From an archaeon (GTDB lineage: Archaea > Nanobdellota > Nanobdellia > Pacearchaeales > GW2011-AR1): DNA of 49,009 nucleotides. Made by a program: the position numbers and the translations under genes. Positions within the stretch are counted from its first letter, which is position 1. Every line of letters begins with the position of its first letter. Below the pieces are notes generated by a model. It did not search any database, had not been told where the DNA came from, and was given only the letters and a program-made list of their open reading frames with translations. Below, piece by piece: positions 7,871 through 16,404 of this stretch. The stretch is from NCBI GenBank assembly GCA_043810285.1, contig JBDROH010000019.1, positions 1-49,009 on the forward strand, read 5' to 3'.

Positions 7871-7944
7871 TGAGCCCGCTGAGATTTGAACTCAGGACCC
7901 CCGCCTTATCAGAGCGGTGCGCTACCTGGCTGCGCTACGGGCTC
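7871..7944 (-). tRNA. tRNA-Ile (anticodon GAU), 74 nt, no encoded CCA, no intron
   Basis: Manual fold. Acceptor stem GAGCCCG/CGGGCUC and D stem GCGC/GCGC. Anticodon stem CCGCU/GGCGG with loop CUGAUAA. T arm CUGAG-UUCAAAU-CUCAG and discriminator A. Confidence 0.9.
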
Positions 7945-7967
7945 GTAATAATTAACCGAAATTTCAA

Positions 7968-7976
7968 TTTATAAAA
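7968..7976 (-). promoter_or_regulatory. TATA-like box (ttttataaa on the minus strand) ~28 nt upstream of the tRNA-Ile 5' end
   Basis: Sequence and spacing only. Confidence 0.5.
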
Positions 7977-7981
7977 CTAAC

Positions 7982-8587
7982 CTAAGCCTTCAATTCGACA
8001 AAAATCTTTCCATTCTCAACATAATATTCAATAAGTTCTACTGTCAAAGGAATAGATTTAACATAACATTTATCTTTAGAATATCCTTTAATTTCTAATC
8101 CAGAGGCCAATTTTACCACAACTATATCCTTCTTTGTCTGAACTCCTGGAGCTTCAATCTCATAAATAATTCTATCTGCAAGTCGCCTAATCCTTGATTC
8201 AACTTCCACCGTAGGTAATCTTGCCCGCCTTTCAATTTCCTTTTCAGAAACTTTCGGAATCTCTTCAATATTTTTCTGCTCTTTCTGAACAACCCTTCTC
8301 ATTGGCGGTTGACCCATCGCAATCTTAATTTTAAACCCCTTCGACCCATCCGAAGATACCTGTCCATTCATCTCATTCTCTAGTTGTTTCACCAAAGAAT
8401 TAACAATATTTCCCATCCCAAAAGGCAACTTCAATTCAGGCTGAATCCCCTCGATAGAGTCCCTTCGACCCAACATTCCAAAGTTATCTTTTTTCGCACC
8501 GACCTTTAACGAAACCCCGCAGTAAGGACAATAATTAAAATCTTTCTTAATACTCTTCGCACACGCAGAACATTTTTTCTCAAACAT
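7982..8587 (-). CDS. zinc-ribbon protein with a C-terminal Hsp20/alpha-crystallin-like domain
   Basis: N-terminal CSAC...CPYCG. The C-terminal YEIEAPGVQTKKDIVVVKLASGLEIKG resembles ACD strands. The ATG at 8587 is preferred over the TTG at 8605. Confidence 0.5.
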   Translation of the reverse strand: MFEKKCSACAKSIKKDFNYCPYCGVSLKVGAKKDNFGMLGRRDSIEGIQPELKLPFGMGNIVNSLVKQLENEMNGQVSSDGSKGFKIKIAMGQPPMRRVVQKEQKNIEEIPKVSEKEIERRARLPTVEVESRIRRLADRIIYEIEAPGVQTKKDIVVVKLASGLEIKGYSKDKCYVKSIPLTVELIEYYVENGKIFVELKA

Positions 8588-8611
8588 CTTTATAAAAACA
8601 ATCAACCATAT

Positions 8612-10042
8612 TTAAATATAATGTTCTACTTTCTCTACGATATGTTCTAAAGAATGAATCTCCCGAACAATACCTTGCATAGGTCTAAATTCCTTAATCA
8701 AATAGTTCGAAGAGAATTTTTTAACATATCTAACTTCTCTCAAATATTTTATGCCAAAAATAACCACTAAAAATCTACCAATTCCAGAAATCAAAAAGAT
8801 AAATAATAATGTGTTCATAAATGAAACATCCACCAAAGCAATCAGAGAACCAATACTCGCTCCGATAAAAGTTCCAACCCCTACAAGAAGATTCATATAC
8901 GAAATCCCGAAACCTCGTTTGCGAACACTAACAGCATCATAAACATAATTATTGGTAGTAAGATTGTATCCTGCAAAAGCAAAACCGCTTACAATAGCAG
9001 GTACAAACAATAGATAAATTTTAACACCAAAATCAGAACTTATCCAAGAAGATGCAATCCAAAGGAGAGGGGTCAGAAAAATTAATCCTGAACAGAGACC
9101 CATAATCCTAACATTTCCAAATCTATCTGAAGCCTTACCAAGTAATGGAAAGAATAAAAGCTGGAACACAATTCCTGAAACTGTAACTCCCATAAACCAC
9201 ATATACGAGAAACCCAAATCTCTCAACATATAAACTGCCCAGAACGGACCGGCAATCCCTATCGCAACGCTAAAGATTCCCCTAAATAATGCAAATCTTC
9301 CAAAAGGAGTAGACGGAGCAACTTTCAGAAATTGCAAAAACGAAAAACCATCCTTTTTCCGAATTTTTAATCTAGGTTCATATTGCCTTTTCAAAAGCGT
9401 CCAGGAAACCACTCGCATCAATGCAGCAAGAACGAATAATACCGCAAATCCTAAAATAGTATAACCTAAGATATTTCCTCGAGAAATTCCAACACCCTTC
9501 ATACTATCTAAAATAATCGCTCCGAGAATCATAGTTACTAAACCAAAAAAACCCGCCACTCTGTTTCTCTTAGCAAAGTATTTTCCTCGTTTATTTTCTG
9601 GAATTAAAGAGCCCATCCAGGAGAACCATGCAGGTTGATCAATTGCAATAAAACAATAAAACAATCCGATGAGTGAAATAAAAACCCAAATCATATAAGG
9701 AACTCCGATATAAAATAAAATTCCAGTTAATATAATTGGAATCCAAAGAAGAATCTGAAACATAACGCCGTTAAGAACAATTTTTTTTCTAGAAAATGTT
9801 CTAATAAGTTCCGCAGCTTTAAGTTGAACAATACTTGGAAGCAAACCGATAATCGCCTGTAAAATACCAATCTGACTAGAGGTGGCGTTTAGGATTAATG
9901 CAAATGGCGAAAGATAAGATAATCCAAATCCTGAAGACATCGAACAAAACGAACTTTCTTGAATACTCAATTTTAGACTATCTTCAATCTTCTTTTTAAC
10001 AACGGGGTGATTAACCCGAACAACACTCCCTTTTCTCACCAT
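8612..10042 (-). CDS. MFS-type transporter (about 12 TM segments)
   Basis: A 476-aa protein, hydrophobic throughout, with two six-TM halves and a basic central loop (RQYEPRLKIRKKD). Confidence 0.65.
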   Translation of the reverse strand: MVRKGSVVRVNHPVVKKKIEDSLKLSIQESSFCSMSSGFGLSYLSPFALILNATSSQIGILQAIIGLLPSIVQLKAAELIRTFSRKKIVLNGVMFQILLWIPIILTGILFYIGVPYMIWVFISLIGLFYCFIAIDQPAWFSWMGSLIPENKRGKYFAKRNRVAGFFGLVTMILGAIILDSMKGVGISRGNILGYTILGFAVLFVLAALMRVVSWTLLKRQYEPRLKIRKKDGFSFLQFLKVAPSTPFGRFALFRGIFSVAIGIAGPFWAVYMLRDLGFSYMWFMGVTVSGIVFQLLFFPLLGKASDRFGNVRIMGLCSGLIFLTPLLWIASSWISSDFGVKIYLLFVPAIVSGFAFAGYNLTTNNYVYDAVSVRKRGFGISYMNLLVGVGTFIGASIGSLIALVDVSFMNTLLFIFLISGIGRFLVVIFGIKYLREVRYVKKFSSNYLIKEFRPMQGIVREIHSLEHIVEKVEHYI

Positions 10043-10110
10043 ATAAAATTACTGTAAAGACTGTATAAAAATTCTTCTTTTACATATTCTTAATTATTTT
10101 GTCTCGATAA

Positions 10111-10120
10111 ATTTTTATAC
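10111..10120 (+). promoter_or_regulatory. TATA-like box (atttttatac) ~25 nt upstream of the metG ATG
   Basis: Sequence and spacing only. Confidence 0.45.
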
Positions 10121-10140
10121 CAACTTAACCTCACTAAATT

Positions 10141-11616
10141 ATGAAACAAAAATTTTATGTAACGACAGCAATAGACTATGTAAATGCCGAGCCACATATT
10201 GGTCACGCATACCAAAAAATTGTAGCAGATGTTTTAGCTAGATGGAATAAACTTAAAGGAAACGAAGTTTTATTTGTTACCGGAACCGACGAGCATGGGA
10301 AGAAAGTTGAAGATGCCGCGAAAGAAGCTGGAAAAGCTCCTCAAGAATTTGTCGATGAAGTATCAAAAAAATTCAAGGAAGCGTGGAAAGCTCTGAATAT
10401 AAATTATGATAGGTTCATTAGGACGACAGATAAAGACCATCAAAAAGTCGTAATAGATTTCATAAAAAAATGTGAAGCAAACGGCGACATATATCTTGGA
10501 AAATATAACGGATTATACTGTACAGGTTGTGAGGCATACTACACTGAAAAAGATTGTCCTGACTTAATCTGCCCTCACCACAAACGACCTCTTGAAAAAA
10601 TAGAAGAGGAAACATACTTCTTCAGATTATCTAACTATCAAAAATTTCTCCTAGACCACTACAAAAAAAATCCAGAATTCATTTTACCAAAATCTCGGAG
10701 AAACGAAATCGTGAACAGGGTAAAAGAAGGACTAAAGGATTTGAGTATAACCAGAACTTCATTCGATTGGGGAATCCCGTTCCCCCTAGATAAAAAGCAT
10801 ATAACTTATGTTTGGTTTGACGCATTAATCAATTACTATACTGCAACAAGAGAAAAAGGTCGAGAAGATTTCTGGGGCAAACCAACAGTCCACTTGTTGG
10901 GCAAAGACAACGCTTGGTTCCATACGGTATACTGGCCAGCAATGTTAAAATCTGCGGGAATTGAATTACCTAAGACTATTTTCAACCACGGGTTCCTGTC
11001 CTTCAACGGAGAGAAAATATCAAAATCACTAGGCAATGCAATATCTCCAATCACACTTACAGAAAAATATGGCGCTGATTCAGTAAGATATTTTTGCTTA
11101 AGACAATTCCCGTTTGCAACAGGCGACGACGGAGACTTCAGCGAAAAAGCATTGATACAAAGACATAATGATGAATTAGCAAACAAATTAGGAAATTTAG
11201 TTTCCAGAACCTCGGCACTAGCCGAAAAATATGGGATTGAAAAACTAGATAATAATGATTTTGAGAAAGCATACGATTCTATAAAACTTTTTAATGAAGT
11301 AAATAAATTAATAGAAAATTACGAAATAGATAAGGCATTGAATAAGATATTTGAGTTCATAGACAAATTAAACAAATATATTCAAGATAAAAAACCTTGG
11401 GAGATAAAAGATGAAAAGAAATTAGAAAGTCAAGAAATTATCTACAATCTTCTTCAAGGAATAAAAACAGCAACGATACTTCTCTTTCCGTTTATTCCAG
11501 AAACTTGCGAAAAAATAGCAAAACATTTCAAATTTAAAATTTCATTTGAAAAAATAAATAAACCAATAAAAAATTTAAATCTTAAAAAAATAGAAGTTCT
11601 GTTCAAGAGGATATAG
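10141..11616 (+). CDS. metG: methionyl-tRNA synthetase, catalytic and anticodon-binding body without a C-terminal tRNA-binding domain
   Basis: HIGH motif (EPHIGHAY), KMSKS variant (KISKSLGN), zinc knuckle CTGCEAY...CPHH. Confidence 0.95.
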   Translation: MKQKFYVTTAIDYVNAEPHIGHAYQKIVADVLARWNKLKGNEVLFVTGTDEHGKKVEDAAKEAGKAPQEFVDEVSKKFKEAWKALNINYDRFIRTTDKDHQKVVIDFIKKCEANGDIYLGKYNGLYCTGCEAYYTEKDCPDLICPHHKRPLEKIEEETYFFRLSNYQKFLLDHYKKNPEFILPKSRRNEIVNRVKEGLKDLSITRTSFDWGIPFPLDKKHITYVWFDALINYYTATREKGREDFWGKPTVHLLGKDNAWFHTVYWPAMLKSAGIELPKTIFNHGFLSFNGEKISKSLGNAISPITLTEKYGADSVRYFCLRQFPFATGDDGDFSEKALIQRHNDELANKLGNLVSRTSALAEKYGIEKLDNNDFEKAYDSIKLFNEVNKLIENYEIDKALNKIFEFIDKLNKYIQDKKPWEIKDEKKLESQEIIYNLLQGIKTATILLFPFIPETCEKIAKHFKFKISFEKINKPIKNLNLKKIEVLFKRI

Positions 11617-11638
11617 TCGAAGGGATACTTTTAGAAAA

Positions 11639-12196
11639 GTGGCACATAAAACATGTTTAATAAGAGAATGTTCTTTATTTGATGTAAGAGCTTGGCATGA
11701 GGGAGAATCCACAGAACTCAAAAAGTGGATTGGAGTTGGATTTTTTAATCATATATTTCAAAGCGAAAAAGGACTTGTAACTCTCTATTATGATATGGAC
11801 GAAGCAAATAATTTTGAAAAGGCATTGGATAAAAAGTTAACTGAAGAATTTTTCGATAAACTCTGTCACAACTTCTTTGAATTAATCGACCAAGAAAAAG
11901 ATGCAGACACCGATGAAAAAGTTTTTAATCTTTCAGTAAAAATCTGGCCAGCACTAACAATCTTCGACGAAATTTCCAAATACCCTGAATGGGCTACACC
12001 TTCAATGTTGAGAAGATTAATTCGTGTAAGAACCTCGACAGAATCTTTCTCTTATAAACTCTCAGCAAAAGTTAATCATTCAAAGTATCCTAAGGATTAT
12101 ATTTATTTCAAAGGACAATTAATCTATAAATCTCTTGAAGAAGTTTTACAACAAGAGAGAATCATAATTAAAAATAAAGAAAGACTTATAAGTTAA
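11639..12196 (+). CDS. hypothetical protein (GTG start) between MetRS and its detached tRNA-binding domain
   Basis: ORF only. No motif I can assign. Confidence 0.4.
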   Translation: MAHKTCLIRECSLFDVRAWHEGESTELKKWIGVGFFNHIFQSEKGLVTLYYDMDEANNFEKALDKKLTEEFFDKLCHNFFELIDQEKDADTDEKVFNLSVKIWPALTIFDEISKYPEWATPSMLRRLIRVRTSTESFSYKLSAKVNHSKYPKDYIYFKGQLIYKSLEEVLQQERIIIKNKERLIS

Positions 12197-12213
12197 AGAT
12201 TAAAAAAAATAAT

Positions 12214-12564
12214 ATGGAAAATATAGCGACAAAAGAAACAATAGAATTTACAGATTTTGAAAAACTTGATTTAAGAGTTGCAGAAATAAAAAATGTAGAA
12301 GATATTGAAGGGGCAGATAAGCTCTATAAATTGGAAATTAATTTAGGCAACGAAGCACGGACAATTTGTGCAGGGATTAAAAAGTTTTATTCTCACGAAG
12401 AACTCAAGGGAAAGAAAATAATTGTCTTAACAAATTTAAAACCAAGAAAACTCAAAGGCATAGAATCTCAAGGAATGCTACTTGCAGCATCAAACAAAGA
12501 TCATACAAAGTTATCTTTAATTTCCCCAGATATAGATATTGAAGTAGGAAGCATAGTTGGATAA
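12214..12564 (+). CDS. stand-alone tRNA-binding (Trbp111/EMAP/MetRS C-terminal-like) OB-fold protein
   Basis: LDLRVAEIKNVEDIEGADKLYKLEINLG...RTICAGIKKFY...LKGKKIIVLTNLKPRKLKGIESQGMLLAA. Confidence 0.85.
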   Translation: MENIATKETIEFTDFEKLDLRVAEIKNVEDIEGADKLYKLEINLGNEARTICAGIKKFYSHEELKGKKIIVLTNLKPRKLKGIESQGMLLAASNKDHTKLSLISPDIDIEVGSIVG

Positions 12565-12587
12565 ATAACATTTTAACAAACTAGATC

Positions 12588-13340
12588 CTAATGTCTAAAC
12601 AACCTAGTAAAAAACCCTTGTTTTTTCTCAATATTTTCTCCAGCAATTTTTCGAGCAATTTCACAATATTTTTTAGCAACCCTACTTCGAGGATGAGTAT
12701 GGACAACAGCATCCCTTAAATTCAAAGCTTCTTTTACAGCAAAATCCTCTGGAACAACACCAATAATTTGGGATTCTAACATTGACTTTATAGAAGGTAA
12801 CGACATTTCATATTTCGCACCCCTATGTTGAGTAATAATAACTCCATTAATCTCTTTTCCCATCTTCCTAGCAACCTTAACAGCCTTTAATGCATCCGTA
12901 ACCGAAGGCATCTCTGGATTAGTTACAATGATAATTTCATCAGCAGCCTCAATAGAGGCAATAACCTCTTCGCCAAATCCTGCCGCTGAGTCAATGATAA
13001 CATATTCACACATAGTTCCCAACTCTTGCGCAATCCCAGGGATTTTCTTTGTGTTAAACTTTGTAAGTTCCTCAATAGAAAGTGAAGAAGGAACAATCTT
13101 AGTTCCAGAGGAATGTTCATAGATTGCATCCTCAATATTGGCAGTTCCTTTTAAAACATGGTTTAACGTTACTGGAACAATCGGAGCCCCAAGTTGAAGA
13201 CCAATATTAGGCGTGTTTAAATTAGCATCGACAATGATAACATCTTTTCCTAATTTATTCAAAGATACTCCAAGATTAATTGCAGTAGTGGTTTTACCAA
13301 CACCGCCTTTCCCTGAATTTATAACTATTATTCGCGCCAT
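12588..13340 (-). CDS. minD: MinD/ParA-family P-loop ATPase
   Basis: Deviant Walker A in IVINSGKGGVGKTTTAINLG, and DxD in VIIDSAAG. Confidence 0.85.
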   Translation of the reverse strand: MARIIVINSGKGGVGKTTTAINLGVSLNKLGKDVIIVDANLNTPNIGLQLGAPIVPVTLNHVLKGTANIEDAIYEHSSGTKIVPSSLSIEELTKFNTKKIPGIAQELGTMCEYVIIDSAAGFGEEVIASIEAADEIIIVTNPEMPSVTDALKAVKVARKMGKEINGVIITQHRGAKYEMSLPSIKSMLESQIIGVVPEDFAVKEALNLRDAVVHTHPRSRVAKKYCEIARKIAGENIEKKQGFFTRLFRH

Positions 13341-13393
13341 TTTAATATAAAGTAAAACTATCAGAAAAACTCGCTTTATAAATTTTGTTTAGC

Positions 13394-13837
13394 TCAATCT
13401 GAAAGAATTAGTTTCACTTTATTAATAAATCTCTCGACAATTTCAGCATATTCTCCTAGTTTTTCCATATCAATTTCTGTAGTTTTCGTTAGCTCAATTA
13501 CATTCAAACCAACATTCTTTCTAAATTCTCCTCTCCTAGTTTTGTTTAAATCAGGAACTCTTTTAAAAAAAATATATAATGGAATCACTGCTTGAATTTC
13601 TTCCGATTTTTTAAAATAAGTTTTCATGAACTCCACCCGCTGTTTTGGACTTTCTGGAGTATGAGGTATCTTACCAGTCCCAACACCTTCCTCGAGCAAA
13701 GCGTCAAAACTAATCTCAATCAAACTTTTCCACCGAGCCAGTAAATTTAAAATTACATCACAAGTTTTTGTATATTTTAAACTAACATATAAGAGATGAT
13801 CGGCACTCGTCTTTTCTTTTATAATATCTTCAATCAT
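13394..13837 (-). CDS. hypothetical helical protein, likely a paralogue of the upstream ORF. The start is taken at an internal ATG.
   Basis: ORF, with weak collinear similarity to 13881..14336. Confidence 0.45.
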   Translation of the reverse strand: MIEDIIKEKTSADHLLYVSLKYTKTCDVILNLLARWKSLIEISFDALLEEGVGTGKIPHTPESPKQRVEFMKTYFKKSEEIQAVIPLYIFFKRVPDLNKTRRGEFRKNVGLNVIELTKTTEIDMEKLGEYAEIVERFINKVKLILSD

Positions 13838-13880
13838 AATTCGCAACCTTTCAGTGGAAAAGATCAAGTGAATGACCTTT

Positions 13881-14336
13881 TTATATGTGTCGAAAATTTC
13901 TAGGAAATACTGCAACACCTTTTTTTATAGATTCAATAAGTTCTCCAATCCTCATTACAGTTAGAAATCTATACCTTCCCTGGATTAATAAAATAATCTT
14001 CCCATCCTTAGCATACTCAATTGGAGAATATTTCTGCGCCCGCTCAATTTCAAGAACCTTAAACAAGTTCTCACAAGTCAATTTATCTAAATATTTTGGA
14101 GCTACAGTTTTCATAAAAATATTGATATTTTTCAAACTATTCCTTCCCCTAAAACCTTCATAAATTAAAAAAGCCTTAATCAAACTTGAAACTGCCTTAG
14201 CTAATTCATTAATTACTCCTACGAGAAACCTCTTATCAGGGAATTCACTATAACCCCTATACATTCTATCTGCCACGGCTAAATGATACTTTGCATTAAT
14301 TAGTTCTTCATTAAAATCTCTCATTCCATAACACAT
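13881..14336 (-). CDS. hypothetical helical protein
   Basis: ORF only. Confidence 0.45.
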   Translation of the reverse strand: MCYGMRDFNEELINAKYHLAVADRMYRGYSEFPDKRFLVGVINELAKAVSSLIKAFLIYEGFRGRNSLKNINIFMKTVAPKYLDKLTCENLFKVLEIERAQKYSPIEYAKDGKIILLIQGRYRFLTVMRIGELIESIKKGVAVFPRNFRHI

Positions 14337-14371
14337 CGAGAACTCTTTTTATTAATTATTATACTTGAGAA

Positions 14372-14701
14372 TTAATCCTTTAACTTCATAATCGCTTCAG
14401 CGATGTCTCCCTCACTTGTCTCTAAAGCTTCCCGAACTTCATCTTTACTTTTTCCAGTTTTATTAACAACCATCTCGATATCTTCCTCACTAAAATTATT
14501 CAATTCTTCTTCTCGAGCCTCGCCTGAAACTTGGTAAGTCTCTTGTCCCTGCATCATAACTCGAATTACAGAGGGTTCATCAATAATCAAATTCCCCTCC
14601 TCAATTTCAAAAATAACTCTCTTAACATTGAGAGGGGTTTGAGAAATCCCCATCTTTCTCATCATCCCTTGCATCTTCGCAGCATTCATTCCAGGAAACA
14701 T
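14372..14701 (-). CDS. nac: nascent polypeptide-associated complex protein (NAC domain plus UBA)
   Basis: The NAC beta-barrel region (VKRVIFEIEEGNLIIDEPSVIRVMMQGQETYQVSG) and a C-terminal UBA-like DEVREALETSEGDIAEAIMKL. Confidence 0.85.
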   Translation of the reverse strand: MFPGMNAAKMQGMMRKMGISQTPLNVKRVIFEIEEGNLIIDEPSVIRVMMQGQETYQVSGEAREEELNNFSEEDIEMVVNKTGKSKDEVREALETSEGDIAEAIMKLKD

Positions 14702-14702
14702 T

Positions 14703-14858
14703 TTACTTAATAAAAATTCTAAGTCCGACGATAAAAATAATTACTGCGATAATCATTCCGATGACAGCGCTAGGACCAAATTTAAATCTAGAATCATATT
14801 CTTCCTTATAACGCATCAAACCTCCGCCCATCCCGGGCATAGTCATTTCTCCTGCCAT
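14703..14858 (-). CDS. secG: Sec61 beta / SecG-type translocon subunit (51 aa), absent from the ORF track
   Basis: My translation is MAGEMTMPGMGGGLMRYKEEYDSRFKFGPSAVIGMIIAVIIFIVGLRIFIK. It shows the GL.RY.EE...P..V motif plus a C-terminal TM anchor. A TATA-like box lies ~26 nt upstream. Confidence 0.65.
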   Translation of the reverse strand: MAGEMTMPGMGGGLMRYKEEYDSRFKFGPSAVIGMIIAVIIFIVGLRIFIK

Positions 14859-14949
14859 CTTCCTTGATGTTAAACTCGGTTTATAAATTTTATTAATCTA
14901 CGACGTTGTTCAAAATTTAAATAATCCTGGTGTTAAGATTATAGGAATA

Positions 14950-15008
14950 TTTATATATTAACTTTCATCTATTTAATTAGACAAAATTATTAATAACGAA
15001 AAGGAGGT
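14950..15008 (+). promoter_or_regulatory. pilin gene control region: TATA-like tttatatat (14950-14958) plus Shine-Dalgarno aggaggt (15002-15008)
   Basis: Unlike most genes here, the TATA-like box is ~58 nt from the ATG and a strong SD is present. This implies a leadered mRNA. Confidence 0.45.
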
Positions 15009-15011
15009 AAA

Positions 15012-15443
15012 ATGAATAATAAAAAAGGACAGGCAGCTTTAGAGTTTTTAATGACTTATGGTTGGGCAATTCTTGCCGCTATTATAGTTATTGGTGCTTT
15101 AGGCTCATATTTCTACTTTAATCAAACAGGCTCTAGTTCTATATTTGTAAATGCGCCATTCTATGGTGTTGCATCCAGTGCATCAGAGGATACGGTAAAT
15201 TTAGAAATTATGAATAAAGGTGGAGAAACATTAAGTTCAGTAACTGTGAATATAACTGGGAAAGGTTGTACTCAAGATACGAGTTTTGATGGAACATCAA
15301 AAGCCGCACAGATTGTAACTCTAACTTGTACTGATGCAAATTCAGGGACTACTTTTTCAGGAGATGTAGTTATAACTTATCTAAGACCTGGAAGTTCACT
15401 TCCATTAACATCTACAGGATCAGTCTCAGCACCAGTAGCATAA
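15012..15443 (+). CDS. archaeal type IV pilin (class III signal peptide), candidate major pilin
   Basis: N-terminus MNNKKGQ/AALEFLMTYGWAILAAIIVIGAL (KGQ-A..EFL class III/DUF361-type signal). Strong SD aggaggt at 15002-15008. Confidence 0.8.
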   Translation: MNNKKGQAALEFLMTYGWAILAAIIVIGALGSYFYFNQTGSSSIFVNAPFYGVASSASEDTVNLEIMNKGGETLSSVTVNITGKGCTQDTSFDGTSKAAQIVTLTCTDANSGTTFSGDVVITYLRPGSSLPLTSTGSVSAPVA

Positions 15444-15468
15444 ATTTATTTATTTATTTTTATTTTTC
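15444..15468 (+). terminator. T-rich tract downstream of the pilin gene, a candidate archaeal oligo-T terminator
   Basis: atttatttatttatttttattttt lies immediately after the stop codon. The downstream gene is convergent. Confidence 0.35.
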
Positions 15469-15505
15469 CTCTAATCGAGGAAGTTTTTAATAATGGCAAG
15501 GGTTA

Positions 15506-16369
15506 CTATGTAGATTTAAAACGATCTAACTTCCCAGAATAAGGTTTAGAAGAAAGTTCAATTCCAATGTTTTTACGAATACTATACGGAAAAATCTTTG
15601 TCGAATGTTTAGTTCCCCTCATTTTATAAACTTCTAGAAATCTTTCTCTCGTCCTATTCAACCTAGTAAAATAAAGAAAAATCAACGAATCAGCTTCGAA
15701 CTCAAGAACTCTTGAAGATTGCTTTTTGTCAATTAATGGGTCTCTCTCATAAACTAAAAGTGAGGTGCATGTCCAACCTTTAAGAAGAGAAAACAAACCT
15801 AATGCTTGCTCTCGCATTTCAACATCACGTTCAAACAGCATTACAAATGTAGTTATACTATCCATTACAATTCGCTGAACTTTCTTACTTAACACAATCA
15901 TCTCGATATCTCCTCCACCTTCATCTAACATCGTCTTTATCTTTCCAGGAGTATACGATAAAAAGAAAAACTTTCCGGACTTTTCATATTTTTCCAAATC
16001 CCACCCAAGCTCCAACATGTTTCTATAAAAATCTTTTTTCTTTTCCTCAAAAGCAACATATAACACACCCTCGCCTCGCCTTAAACCTTCCATCAAAAAC
16101 TGCATTGCAAAGATAGATTTTCCATTTCCGCTTCCCCCAACAATAAGATTCGTAGAATTTTTTTCAAATCCTCCGCCAATAATTTTATCTAAATTTTTAA
16201 TCCCTGTAGGAACTCTTTCAATACTCTTCTTTTTTGAATTTTTATGTAACCCCGCTTTATATTTAACGTTTTTAATTATTTCCTTGAATTTTTTAAAAGG
16301 TATTCGTTTAGATTGAATATTTCTCTTTACATCCACTTTTCTTTTCCTTGCCTTTTTTTTATTCGCCAT
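15506..16369 (-). CDS. KaiC/RecA-superfamily ATPase (ArlH/FlaH-like) with a Lys-rich N-terminal tail
   Basis: VPTGIKNLDKIIGGGFEKNSTNLIVGGSGNGKSIFAMQFL..GEGVLYVAFEE matches the KaiC-like single-domain pattern. Confidence 0.8.
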   Translation of the reverse strand: MANKKKARKRKVDVKRNIQSKRIPFKKFKEIIKNVKYKAGLHKNSKKKSIERVPTGIKNLDKIIGGGFEKNSTNLIVGGSGNGKSIFAMQFLMEGLRRGEGVLYVAFEEKKKDFYRNMLELGWDLEKYEKSGKFFFLSYTPGKIKTMLDEGGGDIEMIVLSKKVQRIVMDSITTFVMLFERDVEMREQALGLFSLLKGWTCTSLLVYERDPLIDKKQSSRVLEFEADSLIFLYFTRLNRTRERFLEVYKMRGTKHSTKIFPYSIRKNIGIELSSKPYSGKLDRFKST

Positions 16370-16404
16370 ATTTTCTTTTAATAAAACATCTATAAAAACT
16401 TATG

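Noticed and set aside
7756-7974. 72-aa plus-strand ORF in the track
   Set aside because: It lies antisense across tRNA-Ile and its duplicated 3' end. The apparent internal repeat (MSPLRF twice) is just the translated tRNA repeat, so this is not a gene.
10664-10675. A8 tract inside metG, and similar A/T runs elsewhere, as programmed frameshift sites
   Set aside because: The reading frames continue uninterrupted with conserved motifs on both sides. Such runs are expected in an AT-rich, Lys-rich genome.
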